A DNA stretch of 64,000 nucleotides from Anaerolineales bacterium (GCA_019454165.1 CP075367.1:956179-1020178); one strand, 5' to 3'. Counted from the stretch's first letter, positions 9,950 through 20,009 are shown. Made by a program: numbers and translations. Notes: generated by a model not told the origin, from the letters alone.

Positions 9950-11437
9950 ATGCAAGTTACTCAAAGTTTAAGCAAGCTCTTGCGGCTCAGCCGCGCCGGT
10001 GACATCTCAGAGGAGTTGCGTTCGCGCTACTTCGGGCTGGTTTTTTGGGTCACCACGTTCATCATCCCGCTTGGTTGGGCATTCAGCGGCCGCATTATTG
10101 AAGCTGCCCCTTTTATACGCGGGGTGCAGGTCTTCAGCTTCTCGTTCCTTGGTTTGCTATGGCTTCTCTGGCGCCGCGGCAAAGTGACCCTGGCGACGCA
10201 TTTGCTGGTATGGGTCTTTTGGGCGCTGGCCACCGGCGTGGTGGTGATCGAAGCCAACTCCAACAATATCTGGCTGGTGCCGCAATTCCTGCTGATCGTG
10301 CTGACCCGCCTGCTCTTGAGCGGGCGGGTTGCCATGTTCATGGCGCTGCTGACCCTGATCATCGATATCCTCATCTTCTCGCTTTCATTGCATCTGTACT
10401 TGCCGCCGTATCTCTCACAGATGGCGCAAAACACCGAGTGGACCCCGCTGGTGATCAGCTTCATCTCGCTGGTATTCATCTTCCTGTTGGGCGATCTGGT
10501 GCTGCGTGACAGCCTGGCGGAGGCACGCCGCAACGAAGGCCGTTACCGCTCACTGTTCACCCGCACCAACGACGCCGTATTTCTGATCGACCCGCGCTTG
10601 CGCTATCTGGAAGTGAACGAGCAGGGCGCGGCGCTGCTGGGGTATTCCCCGGAGGAGCTGGTGGGCAAGCCGATGGCGGAAGTGATCGCGCCCACCGAGC
10701 TGACGGCGATGAAAGCCAATTTCTCGCGCTTGCAGCGCGAGGGCGTGCTGCCGTTGTTTGAGCGCACCATGATCCGCAAGGATGGCAGCCGCATCATCAC
10801 CGAGATCAGCATCAACCTGGTGACTGATGAGGAGGGCCAGCCGCTGTATCACCAGAGCGTGGTGCGCGACATCACGGAGCGCAAGCGCCTGGAGGACCAG
10901 CTGCGCTATTCGCTGGAGGAGATGCAGGCCCTGGCGATGCAGGACCCGCTGACCGGGCTGCTCAACCGCCGGGCAGTGACCGAGCACGCTGAGGCGGAAT
11001 GGTTCCGCGCCCAGCGCGAGAGCCGCCCGCTGTGCCTGGTGCTGATCGATCTCGACAATCTGAAGGTTATAAACGACACCCAGGGCCATGCGGTAGGGGA
11101 TAAGGTCATCCTGGAGCTGGCGCGCTGCATCAAGATCCAGAAGCGGCGTTATGACTGGAGCGGGCGCTGGGGCGGCGACGAATTCCTGCTGGTGCTGCCC
11201 GGCACGACGCTGAGCGAAGCGGGCGATGTGGCCGAGCGCATCCGCAACCAGTACACCAGCAGCCCGCTGGTGCTGGAGACGGGGGAGGATGCCTCGCTGA
11301 GCATGGGGGTGGCGTGCTACTCCGGCCGGCGCGGGGACGAGATCGAGCTGACCCGTCTGCTTAATCAAGCCGACGAGGCGCTGTATACGGCCAAGCAGTC
11401 TGGCAAGAATCAGGTCCAGCTGTACCGAGATGCTTAA
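9950..11437 (+). CDS. Membrane PAS-GGDEF diguanylate cyclase
   Basis: Multi-TM N-terminus and a PAS domain (RYRSLFTRTNDAVFLIDP...). The GGDEF domain has DPLTGLLNRR and RWGGDEFLLVLP. Confidence 0.85.
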   Translation: MQVTQSLSKLLRLSRAGDISEELRSRYFGLVFWVTTFIIPLGWAFSGRIIEAAPFIRGVQVFSFSFLGLLWLLWRRGKVTLATHLLVWVFWALATGVVVIEANSNNIWLVPQFLLIVLTRLLLSGRVAMFMALLTLIIDILIFSLSLHLYLPPYLSQMAQNTEWTPLVISFISLVFIFLLGDLVLRDSLAEARRNEGRYRSLFTRTNDAVFLIDPRLRYLEVNEQGAALLGYSPEELVGKPMAEVIAPTELTAMKANFSRLQREGVLPLFERTMIRKDGSRIITEISINLVTDEEGQPLYHQSVVRDITERKRLEDQLRYSLEEMQALAMQDPLTGLLNRRAVTEHAEAEWFRAQRESRPLCLVLIDLDNLKVINDTQGHAVGDKVILELARCIKIQKRRYDWSGRWGGDEFLLVLPGTTLSEAGDVAERIRNQYTSSPLVLETGEDASLSMGVACYSGRRGDEIELTRLLNQADEALYTAKQSGKNQVQLYRDA

Positions 11438-11461
11438 AACGAAGAAGCCAGTGTAGAAGCA

Positions 11462-11492
11462 AAGAAGCCGGGCAATTGCCCGGCTTCTTTCA
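11462..11492. terminator. Bidirectional intrinsic terminator
   Basis: GAAGCCGGG-caattg-CCCGGCTTC is flanked by A-run and T-run, between convergent genes. Confidence 0.75.
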
Positions 11493-11508
11493 ATGAGGAC
11501 GACTTCGC

Positions 11509-11673
11509 TTACTTCTTGTCGGTGAAGGCGCCCAGCAGGCCGCCCGCGCCACCCAGGATACCGGCCAGGCCAGTGATCTGGTCAGCGAAGGGGATCTCGA
11601 CGCCGAAGTACTGCAGACCAACGAGAACAAAAAAGATTGCTTGCAATGCGGTGGTGGGTTTCTGAAGGTTCAT
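11509..11673 (-). CDS. Small membrane protein (54 aa)
   Basis: ATG at 11673 is preceded by AAAAAGGAGAT. The product is MNLQKPTTALQAIFFVLVGLQYFG...GLAGILGGAGGLLGAF (Gly-zipper-like). Confidence 0.55.
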   Translation of the reverse strand: MNLQKPTTALQAIFFVLVGLQYFGVEIPFADQITGLAGILGGAGGLLGAFTDKK

Positions 11674-11758
11674 CAGAATCTCCTTTTTTTGAAATGTACG
11701 GAGCACCGTACTTAGATTAATAAACACGATAGCGCCGCGGCGGTTGCGCAGGCGGGCG

Positions 11759-11767
11759 TGCTATAGT
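11759..11767 (+). promoter_or_regulatory. Extended -10 promoter element (TGcTATAGT)
   Basis: TG-c-TATAGT was read directly. It lies 31 nt upstream of the TTG start at 11798. Confidence 0.4.
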
Positions 11768-11797
11768 ATGGCCTGTTTGTGCAGCCTGGAGACTGAT

Positions 11798-12424
11798 TTG
11801 AAGACACGTGTACTTGCTTCATTGATATTTGTACTGTTTGTTGCCGCCTGCGCTCCGCAGGCGGAGGCGAAAGCCGAGCCTACCCGAGTGCCCTTTCTGA
11901 TGGCGGGCGGGTATTTCCTGAACGCACCCCAAGATTTTCTGCTCCTGCCAGAGCTGACCGGCGGGGCGTATACGCCGATGAGCGCCGGCACCGAATCGCC
12001 CAACAGCCGGATCCTGGAGCTGCGCGCCGACGGGCAAGAGTACATTGCGGCCACCGGCCGCCTGGTTGGCTGGCAGCGCCAGCTCGACCGGCAGTCTGGC
12101 GATGGCCCGCTGTATCTGGTGAACGTGGTCAACATCTATGAGACCGCGGATGGCCCGCTGACCGTGCTCAGCCGTGAGTGGCACGCGGATGTGTGGAGCC
12201 GCCTGGACAGCGGCGAGCTGACCCTGCTGGACGACCTGCCCGGTGTGGATGCTGAGCATCTGGTGTGGCAAGACTCGGCGGGCGGGATTGGGGTCGAGAT
12301 CGCCTATCACAATCTGTACATCCTGCTCACCGGGCCGAGCGAGAACGGCGCGGACCAGTATGGCTTCTTCGCCGAGTTGGTGCCTGTGTATCTTCAATGG
12401 ATACAAGCCGGGGAGACCCAGTAA
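11798..12424 (+). CDS. Hypothetical lipoprotein
   Basis: In-frame TTG at 11798 follows GGAGA and gives MKTRVLASLIFVLFVAAC, a textbook lipoprotein signal. The longer ORF-track start (11744) would precede the promoter-like element. Confidence 0.6.
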   Translation: MKTRVLASLIFVLFVAACAPQAEAKAEPTRVPFLMAGGYFLNAPQDFLLLPELTGGAYTPMSAGTESPNSRILELRADGQEYIAATGRLVGWQRQLDRQSGDGPLYLVNVVNIYETADGPLTVLSREWHADVWSRLDSGELTLLDDLPGVDAEHLVWQDSAGGIGVEIAYHNLYILLTGPSENGADQYGFFAELVPVYLQWIQAGETQ

Positions 12425-12426
12425 AC

Positions 12427-12457
12427 AAAAAACCGCTGCGTACGCAGCGGTTTTTTT
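12427..12457. terminator. Bidirectional intrinsic terminator
   Basis: AAAAAACCGCTGCG-ta-CGCAGCGGTTTTTTT lies between convergent genes. Confidence 0.85.
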
Positions 12458-12461
12458 AATG

Positions 12462-12950
12462 TCAAGCGTCCAGGCGGTGGATTACCTCATCGACATCCGC
12501 GTTGCGGATGTCGGAGAAGCTGCGCTCTTCGCCGATCAGGCGAAAGCCGCACTTCTCCAGGACTCGGACGGAGCCGATGTTGTCTTTGACGGCGCGTGCC
12601 CCGAGCGGGCGCTCGGTGTATTCCTGCAGGAACAGGCGCAGCGCCTGGGTGGCGATGCCGCGGCCCCAATGCTGGCGCTCGATCCAATACGAGATCTCAT
12701 TCTCGTCAAACATGACGAATTTGGCGATGTTGCCCACGACTTCGCCATCCGCCAGAATGGTGCGGTTCACAGTGTCGGGCAGGGCCAGGATGCGCTCCCA
12801 GCGGGCGGTGTGGGCCGCTTCGTCGAGTGCGTGCGGCGTGCCGAAGGCGGCCATGTGCCGCGAAACCTCGTCGGCCTGGTGAAGCAGCAAGATGGGGTAA
12901 TCGGCTGGCTCGACCGGACGCAGGGTTACATTGACCATGCCCAAGATCAT
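12462..12950 (-). CDS. GNAT family N-acetyltransferase (RimJ/RimL-like)
   Basis: 162 aa. WIERQHWGRGIATQALRLFL is the acetyl-CoA-binding Q/RxxGxG/A motif region. Confidence 0.8.
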   Translation of the reverse strand: MILGMVNVTLRPVEPADYPILLLHQADEVSRHMAAFGTPHALDEAAHTARWERILALPDTVNRTILADGEVVGNIAKFVMFDENEISYWIERQHWGRGIATQALRLFLQEYTERPLGARAVKDNIGSVRVLEKCGFRLIGEERSFSDIRNADVDEVIHRLDA

Positions 12951-12990
12951 AGCACGGATGGTCTATTTGCAAGAGCATGTAACTGGCAAT

Positions 12991-13017
12991 AAAAAACCCG
13001 CCTAACGGCGGGTTTTT
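12991..13017 (-). terminator. Intrinsic terminator overlapping the stop codon of the upstream gene
   Basis: AAAAAACCCGCC-taac-GGCGGGTTTTT. On the minus strand the hairpin is followed by a U-run. Confidence 0.7.
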
Positions 13018-13730
13018 GTTCGGGCGGTCTTTTTGGCTGCCTTCTTGGTTGCTTTCTTGGCCGCCTTCTTGGCAACTTTGCCAGCACTGGGCTTGGCTTT
13101 CGCCACGGCGGTTTTGGGCGTGATCTTCAGCACAATCCAACTGAAGAACAGGAACAGGCCGGTGATCGCCACGCTGTACAGCGCCACGCCGCGATAGCCG
13201 CCCTGCTCGATGGGGTTGAGGAAGCCATACGGATACCAGGCGGCCAGCGGGCCGCGCAGCAGGGTGTAGGCCAGGTAGCCCAGCGGGAACAGCAGCCAAT
13301 AAGCCCACACGTTCTTGGGCAGCTTCTGCTGCGGCGGCCACACGAGCCAGTCCACCAGGGCCATGATGGGGTTGATGTAGTGCACCACCAGGTTGCTCCA
13401 CGAGTAGAGCGATTCGATGCTACTGCGCAGCATGACCTCGTAGACCAGACCCACCACCAGAATGAAGACCACCGAGCCGCCGCGCAGCATCTCTTGCTTG
13501 ACGCTGGGCTGGCGGTTCTGGATCAGTGTCCATGCGCCGCTGAAGTACACGAACACCAGAATGATGTTGGTGAGGTTGGTGAAGTAGCTGAAGAAATTGG
13601 CCGGGCTGCCGCCGCTGCCCAGGTTGAACTGCCTGATCAGCGCGGCTACCGTGGCTACTCCCAAAATAAGACGTATTGCGATGATGAGTTTGCGTTTATC
13701 CATGCCCCGCATTGTAGATGATGTTGGCAT
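13002..13730 (-). CDS. Polytopic membrane protein (Pr6Pr/FAR-17a-like) with Lys-rich C-terminal tail
   Basis: Six hydrophobic segments and a FSYFTNLTNI motif. The C-terminal tail is AKAKPSAGKVAKKAAKKATKKAAKKTARTKTRR. It starts 29 nt downstream of the TerL stop on the same strand. Confidence 0.5.
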   Translation of the reverse strand: MPTSSTMRGMDKRKLIIAIRLILGVATVAALIRQFNLGSGGSPANFFSYFTNLTNIILVFVYFSGAWTLIQNRQPSVKQEMLRGGSVVFILVVGLVYEVMLRSSIESLYSWSNLVVHYINPIMALVDWLVWPPQQKLPKNVWAYWLLFPLGYLAYTLLRGPLAAWYPYGFLNPIEQGGYRGVALYSVAITGLFLFFSWIVLKITPKTAVAKAKPSAGKVAKKAAKKATKKAAKKTARTKTRR

Positions 13731-13759
13731 GCGCAGGCAATCCCTGAAAACAGGCTGGC

Positions 13760-15202
13760 TTACCTGCGCCCCAGGCTCATGAACGGGCTGGGGCGGCGGA
13801 CGGGCGCCTCGTGCCGCGGCGGGATGTAGCTGCTGGCGACGTGCAGCATCCAGGCCACCGCGTCGAGCGTGTCGTCGTGCTCACCGTCAGGCCAGCGCAG
13901 CCACTCCTCGCGGAAAGCGCGCAGGAAGGGAGTCTCGACATCCGCCACCCAGGCGCGGCCGCTTTGGAACAGCGGGGCCATGCCAGCTTCGAAGCGGCGG
14001 CCCTTGGTCTTGCCGCCCGGGTGCAGGCGCATCAGCGGCAGCCGGGAAGTGCGCAGTAGCAGGTGATAGAACTCCTCGCCTTTGCCTACCGCTTCGACCC
14101 CGATCATGTGGGTGGAGGGATAGCGCTCGGCGAGGGCGTGCAGCTGGTGCTCGGCTTCACCCTGGCTGATGCGAGCGCGGTAGCCATCCACCAGGATGAT
14201 GCCGCCGCCGGGTTTCAGGCGGCCGATGGCGACGGCGAAATAATCCCTCGTGCGGCCGCGCAGCGCATCCGCCGTGCTGGCATAGTCCACGCCCATCACC
14301 ACGGGCCAGTCCATATCGATCTTCTCGTGCGGATAGGGCTGCAGCCATTCGGGACGCAGGTGCAAACCTTCGGCGGCTTTGAGGTCGAGCAGGTACATGC
14401 GGGCGAATTCGGCTTCGCCGGTGAGTTGGCGCAGCTTGCGGATGCTGCCGGCCGGGAACTTGTGCGCCCACTGCGAGCGGCCGCGGCGCAGGATGGGCGT
14501 GCTGGCGGTCTTGAAGCGCCGGGTGGCGATCAGCGTGGCCAGCGCATCGTTGCTGCGCCACGGCGTGCCGACCACAAGCTGCCAAGTGTGCGGCGTCACC
14601 GTGGGCAGGATCGTGCCGGTCAGGATCTTGATGACGGTCTGCAGCTCGCGGGCTGAGCGAGTGTTGCTCTCGTCGTGAATGTCGTCAATGAGCAGTAAGC
14701 CAGTGGGGTGCTTGCCGATGATGGCGCGGGACTTATAGCCCAGGCCGAGCAGGGTGGGGTCTTTGCCCTTCTCCTGGGCGCAGAGGGCGCGCCAAGCGGC
14801 ATAGTCGCCCGTGGTGTCTTTGACCTCATAGCCGGCCGCGCCCCAGCTCACCTTGCGGTCAGGCTCCAGGTGGCCGAAGGCGGCCTTCCAGCCGGCGTTG
14901 TGCTGGATCAGTTCGGCCACCTGGGCGGCAGTGTCGCGGGCGGTCTGGCCGCCGGCCTGGATGATGAGATGGCTTTTGTGGGGCTGCTGGCCGATGCGGA
15001 AGGCGGTGAAGGCGATGCTGAGGGTGGTGGTCTTGCTGGAGCCGCGGAAGGCGGTCACCACCAGGCCTTTGCCGGCTGCGCGGGCGGCGTACAGCGGCCG
15101 GATCCAATCACGCATGGCGTGGGCGGGCAGCGCCCGTTGGTACAGCATGTAATAGAAGCGCGCGAACCCCTCTGCGCTGTCTGGCAGTGTGACCGTTTCC
15201 AT
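13760..15202 (-). CDS. Phage terminase large subunit (TerL)-like protein, intact
   Basis: 480 aa. Walker A-like VVTAFRGSSKTT and Walker B-like GLLLIDDIHDE. The C-terminal RNase-H-like nuclease signatures are VMGVDYAST...YFAVAIG...DGEHDDTLDAVAWM. SD is CAGGGGGAGAC-ATG. Confidence 0.8.
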   Translation of the reverse strand: METVTLPDSAEGFARFYYMLYQRALPAHAMRDWIRPLYAARAAGKGLVVTAFRGSSKTTTLSIAFTAFRIGQQPHKSHLIIQAGGQTARDTAAQVAELIQHNAGWKAAFGHLEPDRKVSWGAAGYEVKDTTGDYAAWRALCAQEKGKDPTLLGLGYKSRAIIGKHPTGLLLIDDIHDESNTRSARELQTVIKILTGTILPTVTPHTWQLVVGTPWRSNDALATLIATRRFKTASTPILRRGRSQWAHKFPAGSIRKLRQLTGEAEFARMYLLDLKAAEGLHLRPEWLQPYPHEKIDMDWPVVMGVDYASTADALRGRTRDYFAVAIGRLKPGGGIILVDGYRARISQGEAEHQLHALAERYPSTHMIGVEAVGKGEEFYHLLLRTSRLPLMRLHPGGKTKGRRFEAGMAPLFQSGRAWVADVETPFLRAFREEWLRWPDGEHDDTLDAVAWMLHVASSYIPPRHEAPVRRPSPFMSLGRR

Positions 15203-15209
15203 GTCTCCC

Positions 15210-15249
15210 CCTGTGGCTACAAAGAACGCGGTCTTTGTAGTACCACAGG
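15210..15249 (-). promoter_or_regulatory. Stem-loop in the TerL 5' leader overlapping its Shine-Dalgarno
   Basis: CCTGTGG-c-TACAAAGA / TCTTTGTA-gta-CCACAGG. On the mRNA the 3' arm (CCACAGG) runs into the GGGGGAG SD. Confidence 0.4.
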
Positions 15250-15312
15250 CTGGGTATACCGATGGGAAATGGCCGGGTGTATCAACCTGCTTGACGCTTC
15301 AAGTGAGCCTGG

Positions 15313-17457
15313 CTATTCGGTGATGCCCCAGATGGAGATCGAGGAGCGCGTGACAGCCACCAGGTTCATTCCATCTGTGGAGATACTCATGCCGCGGATG
15401 GTTTGGCCTACGTCTACACGCCCGATCTCTTCGAAGCCGTCAGTGGCATGGAAGCGGATCGTGCCCTCCTCGCAGGCCACGGCGATCAGAGATTTATCGG
15501 CAGAGATGCCCACGCCACTGATCTCACAATCGTAGGGAATGCGCTCGACTTCGGCATATTCGCCCAACCGTACGATCCAGACGTTCTGCGGGCCAGCAAA
15601 CCCCGTTTCCGAACGTGCGGGCGTGACCACGATGGTGCCATCCGGAGCGAAGGCGGGTTGCACACCGGGGCAATAGATGGTGAGCTTGTCCATCACCAAC
15701 TGCCAGCGGTCAGGGTTATGGATGTAGAAGTTGCCGTTGGACGCGCTGTTGCCGTTCTCTGCAACGCAGTAGGTATGCAGACCCCCATCTGGCGGCAGGA
15801 AGGCGTTGTCGAAAAGGCCAAGCCCCCATGAGCCATAGCCGCGTATGTACTTGGCCAGCAGCGTGCCGGTCTCGTAGTTGATGACGTACGATTCCACGAG
15901 GCGCGAGTCGCCCGCCACGATCAGCTCGTAGTACAGGATCTTGTGGTCGGTATCCAAAGCCACCGGGTATAGCACGGTGGATGAAGTGTCCTGGTAATCC
16001 GTGCTGTAGATGACCGGGAAGCGATCTGAATTGCCGTTGTAGATGACGAACTTTGAGCTCGTCAACTGGTAGGCATGGTATTTGCCATTGGCGGCGAACA
16101 TACCGGAGAGCTGGTCTGCATACCGGTAGCTGATCGGCAGGCGGGTGCCGTAACACACCATGCGCTGCAGTTCACTAAAGACACACTCCTTCGAATCCAT
16201 GCGGCCTATTTGCAGGAATAAGTTCTGGTTGCTGTATCCCCTGAAGAACAGCTCTTGATCCCAGGTGGCGTAGGAGCGCGGGTTGGTGATGAATTCGGGG
16301 CTGCCGTCCAGATGAAAGAACAGCTCGCGTCCGGCAGCTTCGACTCTGCGATTGTCCAGGCTGGTGCGGCTGAACAGGAACCAGCCTTCGGTGGGGCAAT
16401 GCCACATCGAAACCGCCCGCTCGCGGGTAGCGAGGTAGCGGTCATCCGGACTGAAGACGGGCTTGTTGCGCGGGCCGCCACCATCTCCACCCGTGCATTC
16501 GGGATGCAGGGTGTGCTCGATCTCGCCCGTTGCCAGGTCCCAGATGTTGAGCTCCACTTCCATGAAGGCAAACTTCTCTTCACTGTTGGAGAAGCCCCAG
16601 CTGTTGCCGCTGGCTTGGTAGGTCATGGGCCGGAACACGGGCCGAATGGTCAGGACGAGCTCCTCGGTGGTCAGATCCCACACGCGCAGGAAGTTATCGA
16701 TCTGGGCGGCAATGTATTTGCCATTGCGGGAAAGCTCTGGTGCATAGCCGTGAATGGCGGTGTAGCCGCCCAGCCACTCGTACGAGATCTCGTTGGTGTC
16801 CAGGTCCAATACAAAGAAGCGGCGTTGGGTGGAGAAGGCGAGCTGGTTGCTGTCTGCCGAAAGCGCCGCGGTGGCGTCTTGCATGTTGAATTCGCTGGTC
16901 AGGTCACGGATCTCTTTGGTTTGCAAATTGACCAGGAAGGTTTGATCCACCAGAGCCCAGACGCCGTCAGATGTGACCTGCAGGTCCATCTTGTAGGTCT
17001 GCCAATAGTATTCCGGAGAGAAATGGAACTCGTCTTGAGGATGTTTTTCGCCGTTCTCAAAGACGAACAAACCGTCAAAATCACGCACCAGCACCAGCTG
17101 GCCGTCCTGGGCCGTGCGCACGACGGAGTTGAGCTTGCCGGTGAAGTGGGCGACTTCGACGACATCGCCAATATTTTCGGCCGTGATGGGCTGCGCCAGT
17201 TTGGGGATGGACGAGCCCCAGCTCACCGGCAGCACCAGCGGGGTGGGAGTAGGCGTGGGGCTGGGAGTGGCGGTGGGAGTGTTGCTGGGCGCCGAGGTGG
17301 CGGTGGCAGTTGTTTCAGGTGTGAGGGTCGAGGCGGCTGGAGCGCTCTGGCAGGCTGCCAGCAGGACGCCCAGGATCAGCAAGGATGTGTGCAATCTCAC
17401 GAATTTCCTCCCGGTTGCAGAGTGCGTTCTTGGTTGATATAATTTACCACTGCTCAA
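15313..17457 (-). CDS. WD40/beta-propeller repeat lipoprotein
   Basis: Lipobox LGVLLAAC and a Pro/Thr-rich linker ([14 protein letters not shown]). Repeated motifs include [11 protein letters not shown]...[16 protein letters not shown] and [20 protein letters not shown]. Confidence 0.65.
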   Translation of the reverse strand: MSSGKLYQPRTHSATGRKFVRLHTSLLILGVLLAACQSAPAASTLTPETTATATSAPSNTPTATPSPTPTPTPLVLPVSWGSSIPKLAQPITAENIGDVVEVAHFTGKLNSVVRTAQDGQLVLVRDFDGLFVFENGEKHPQDEFHFSPEYYWQTYKMDLQVTSDGVWALVDQTFLVNLQTKEIRDLTSEFNMQDATAALSADSNQLAFSTQRRFFVLDLDTNEISYEWLGGYTAIHGYAPELSRNGKYIAAQIDNFLRVWDLTTEELVLTIRPVFRPMTYQASGNSWGFSNSEEKFAFMEVELNIWDLATGEIEHTLHPECTGGDGGGPRNKPVFSPDDRYLATRERAVSMWHCPTEGWFLFSRTSLDNRRVEAAGRELFFHLDGSPEFITNPRSYATWDQELFFRGYSNQNLFLQIGRMDSKECVFSELQRMVCYGTRLPISYRYADQLSGMFAANGKYHAYQLTSSKFVIYNGNSDRFPVIYSTDYQDTSSTVLYPVALDTDHKILYYELIVAGDSRLVESYVINYETGTLLAKYIRGYGSWGLGLFDNAFLPPDGGLHTYCVAENGNSASNGNFYIHNPDRWQLVMDKLTIYCPGVQPAFAPDGTIVVTPARSETGFAGPQNVWIVRLGEYAEVERIPYDCEISGVGISADKSLIAVACEEGTIRFHATDGFEEIGRVDVGQTIRGMSISTDGMNLVAVTRSSISIWGITE

Positions 17458-17499
17458 GGCCCTGCCACCGGTGGGGTCTTTTTAATGGGAAGACTAGCT

Positions 17500-19356
17500 A
17501 TGCAAACACCTCGTACTGATCTTAGAAACATTGCCATCATCGCCCACGTTGACCACGGCAAGACCACCCTGGTGGATGGTTTGCTGCGCCAGGCGCGGGT
17601 GTTCCGTGAGAACCAGCAGGTAGCCGAGCGGGTCATGGACTCAAATGACCTGGAGCGCGAGCGCGGCATCACCATCCTGGCCAAGAACACGGCCATCCAG
17701 ATCATTGACCCTGCCAGCGGGCAACCGGTCAAGATCAACATCGTCGATACGCCCGGCCATGCCGACTTTGGCGGTGAGGTGGAGCGCGTGATGAACATGG
17801 TGGACGGCGTGCTGCTGCTGGTGGACGCGGCCGAAGGCCCGCGCCCGCAGACCCGCTTCGTGCTCAAGAAGGCGCTGGAGATGGGGCTGCGCGCCATCGT
17901 GGTCATCAACAAAGTAGACCGCCGCGGGGCGGATGTGACCCGCACCCTCAACGAAACCTTTGACCTGTTCGTGGACCTGGGCGCAACGGATGAGCAAGCC
18001 GATTTTCCGGTCGTGTACGCCATCGGCACCGAGCAGCGCGCCGGCCTGACCCCTGACGTGGGGCCGGATCTGCAGCCGCTGTTCGAGACGATCTTGAAGG
18101 AAGTGCCGCCTCCCATAGTGGATGCGGACGCGCCGCTGCAGATGCTGGTCACCACCCTGGACTATGACAACTACCGCGGCCAGACCGCGATTGGCCGCAT
18201 TTTTGCGGGCCGCATGAAGGTTAACCAGCCTGTGGCGCGCCTGACCCAGGACGGCAAGAACCTGCCCGAAGTGCTGCGCTACCTGTATCTGCAGGATGGC
18301 TTGCAGCGGGTGGAAGTGCAAGAGGCCAGCGCCGGCGATATCGTCGCCGTGGCGGGGCTGGAAGGCATCGCCATCGGCGAGACCCTGGCCGACCGCGAGC
18401 ACCCGGTGGCTCTGCCCGGCATCACCGTGGAGGAGCCGACTGTGCGCATGGCCTTCGGCGTCAATACGTCGCCGTTCGCCGGCCGCGAGGGCAAGTGGGG
18501 CACCAGCCGCAAGCTGCGCGAGCGTTTGTACAACGAGCTGCGCAGCAACCTCTCGCTGCGGGTTGAGGATACAGACAGCGCCGACACCTTCATTGTGTCG
18601 GGCCGCGGCGAGCTGCACCTGGCTATTTTGATCGAGACCATGCGCCGCGAGGGCTTCGAGTTCCATGTAGCCCGCCCGGAGGTCATCCTCAAGACGGATG
18701 GCGAAGGCAACACGCTCGAGCCGTTCGAAGAAGTGCATATCGAGACCAGCCCGGAGAGTGCGGGCGTGGTGGTGGAGATGATGGGCAAGCGCCGCGGTGA
18801 GATGCAGCAGATGGTCGAAGGCCCTGGCGGCAGCACGCTGATGACCTTCGTTGTGCCGACCCGCGGGCTGCTCGGCTTCCGCCAGCAGTTCCTGACGGCG
18901 ACGCGCGGCCGCGGCATCATGAACACCATCTTCGCCGGCTACCGCCCGGTGGCGGGCGCCATCACCTCGCGCGCCCGCGGCTCGCTCATCGCCTATGAAG
19001 GCGGCACGGCCGTGACCTACGGCCTGCGCGCCGCCGAGGAGCGCGGCATCCTCTTCATCGGGCCTGGCACCGAGGTCTACGCCGGCATGGTGGTGGGCGA
19101 GCAGCCGCGTGAAGGCGACCTGGAAGTCAATGTGTGCAAGACGAAGAAGCTCACCAGCGTGCGGGCTGACAGCCGCGGCGAGATCGAGCAGCGCCTGACC
19201 CCGCCGCGGGTGATGAGCCTGGACGAGTGCATCGAACAGCTGGCTGACGACGAATTGCTGGAAGTGACGCCGGAGAGTCTGCGCATCCGTAAGAAGATCC
19301 TGGATATGCATGTGCGCGGCCGCGAGGCCAAGCGCGCCAAACTGGCCCTGGAGTAA
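17500..19356 (+). CDS. typA: Translational GTPase TypA/BipA
   Basis: [33 protein letters not shown] and NKVDR GTPase motifs. Full BipA-length architecture with C-terminal KKLTSVRA...RLTPP. Confidence 0.95.
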   Translation: MQTPRTDLRNIAIIAHVDHGKTTLVDGLLRQARVFRENQQVAERVMDSNDLERERGITILAKNTAIQIIDPASGQPVKINIVDTPGHADFGGEVERVMNMVDGVLLLVDAAEGPRPQTRFVLKKALEMGLRAIVVINKVDRRGADVTRTLNETFDLFVDLGATDEQADFPVVYAIGTEQRAGLTPDVGPDLQPLFETILKEVPPPIVDADAPLQMLVTTLDYDNYRGQTAIGRIFAGRMKVNQPVARLTQDGKNLPEVLRYLYLQDGLQRVEVQEASAGDIVAVAGLEGIAIGETLADREHPVALPGITVEEPTVRMAFGVNTSPFAGREGKWGTSRKLRERLYNELRSNLSLRVEDTDSADTFIVSGRGELHLAILIETMRREGFEFHVARPEVILKTDGEGNTLEPFEEVHIETSPESAGVVVEMMGKRRGEMQQMVEGPGGSTLMTFVVPTRGLLGFRQQFLTATRGRGIMNTIFAGYRPVAGAITSRARGSLIAYEGGTAVTYGLRAAEERGILFIGPGTEVYAGMVVGEQPREGDLEVNVCKTKKLTSVRADSRGEIEQRLTPPRVMSLDECIEQLADDELLEVTPESLRIRKKILDMHVRGREAKRAKLALE

Positions 19357-19388
19357 AAAAAGGGCGGCCATGTGGCCGCCCTTTTTTT
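19357..19388. terminator. Intrinsic terminator
   Basis: AAAAAAAGGGCGGCCA-tgt-GGCCGCCCTTTTTTT. Confidence 0.9.
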
Positions 19389-19502
19389 GTTCTAAGTTCA
19401 GATTGCCCGAGTTATTGCCCTAGTTTTAGTGCATTCTTTATCAGGAGCAGTGCAGTGCGTAGCAGGATGCGCCAGCGCTGGGTGAGAGTAAGCTGTTGCC
19501 AG

Positions 19503-19883
19503 TTATTCCTTAGTTCGTTTAGATTGGCGAGCTCGTCTTGCTTTTGGTTTTTCATGTCCCGCTTTCAGCATAGTTTCGGCCGAAGCCAGTAGTTGCTGCT
19601 GTTGCTCGCTGGTGAGGCGTCCCCAGTTTCGAGCAATAAAACGGAGCTTTGGGTCAGGGTCTTGCAGGCCCAGGATCTCGTAGATCTCCGGCCCAAGTCG
19701 TTGGGCAAGTTTGCCCACGTTCTCCGCAGTTGGCTTGCGTAGCCCGTTCAAGTAATGACTTAACAATGGCGCCGAGATGCCAAGATGCTCGGCAAATTGG
19801 GCCAGTGTGGCGCGTTTGCCGCGCTGGCCCTGCCATTCCAGATATTTTTGTTCCAGCCAAGCTGGAAAAGCCAAAGCTTCCAT
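19503..19883 (-). CDS. HTH (XRE/phage-repressor-like) DNA-binding protein with basic tail
   Basis: From ATG 19883: MEALAFPAWLEQKYLEWQGQRGKRATLAQFAEHLGISAPLLSHYLNGLRKPTAENVGKLAQRLG. The C-terminus is KPKARRARQSKRTKE. The gene is visibly less GC-rich than its neighbours. Confidence 0.6.
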   Translation of the reverse strand: MEALAFPAWLEQKYLEWQGQRGKRATLAQFAEHLGISAPLLSHYLNGLRKPTAENVGKLAQRLGPEIYEILGLQDPDPKLRFIARNWGRLTSEQQQQLLASAETMLKAGHEKPKARRARQSKRTKE

Positions 19884-20009
19884 TTTTTCGCGTGTGTGTC
19901 CTCTTCGTTCGTTGGCACAACCCCTTTCTGCCTGGTCATTAGACAATAGTTGACGTCATCTGCGTGTATAAGTAATATACTCCCTGTTAACCACACAGGT
20001 GGGTTTCTT

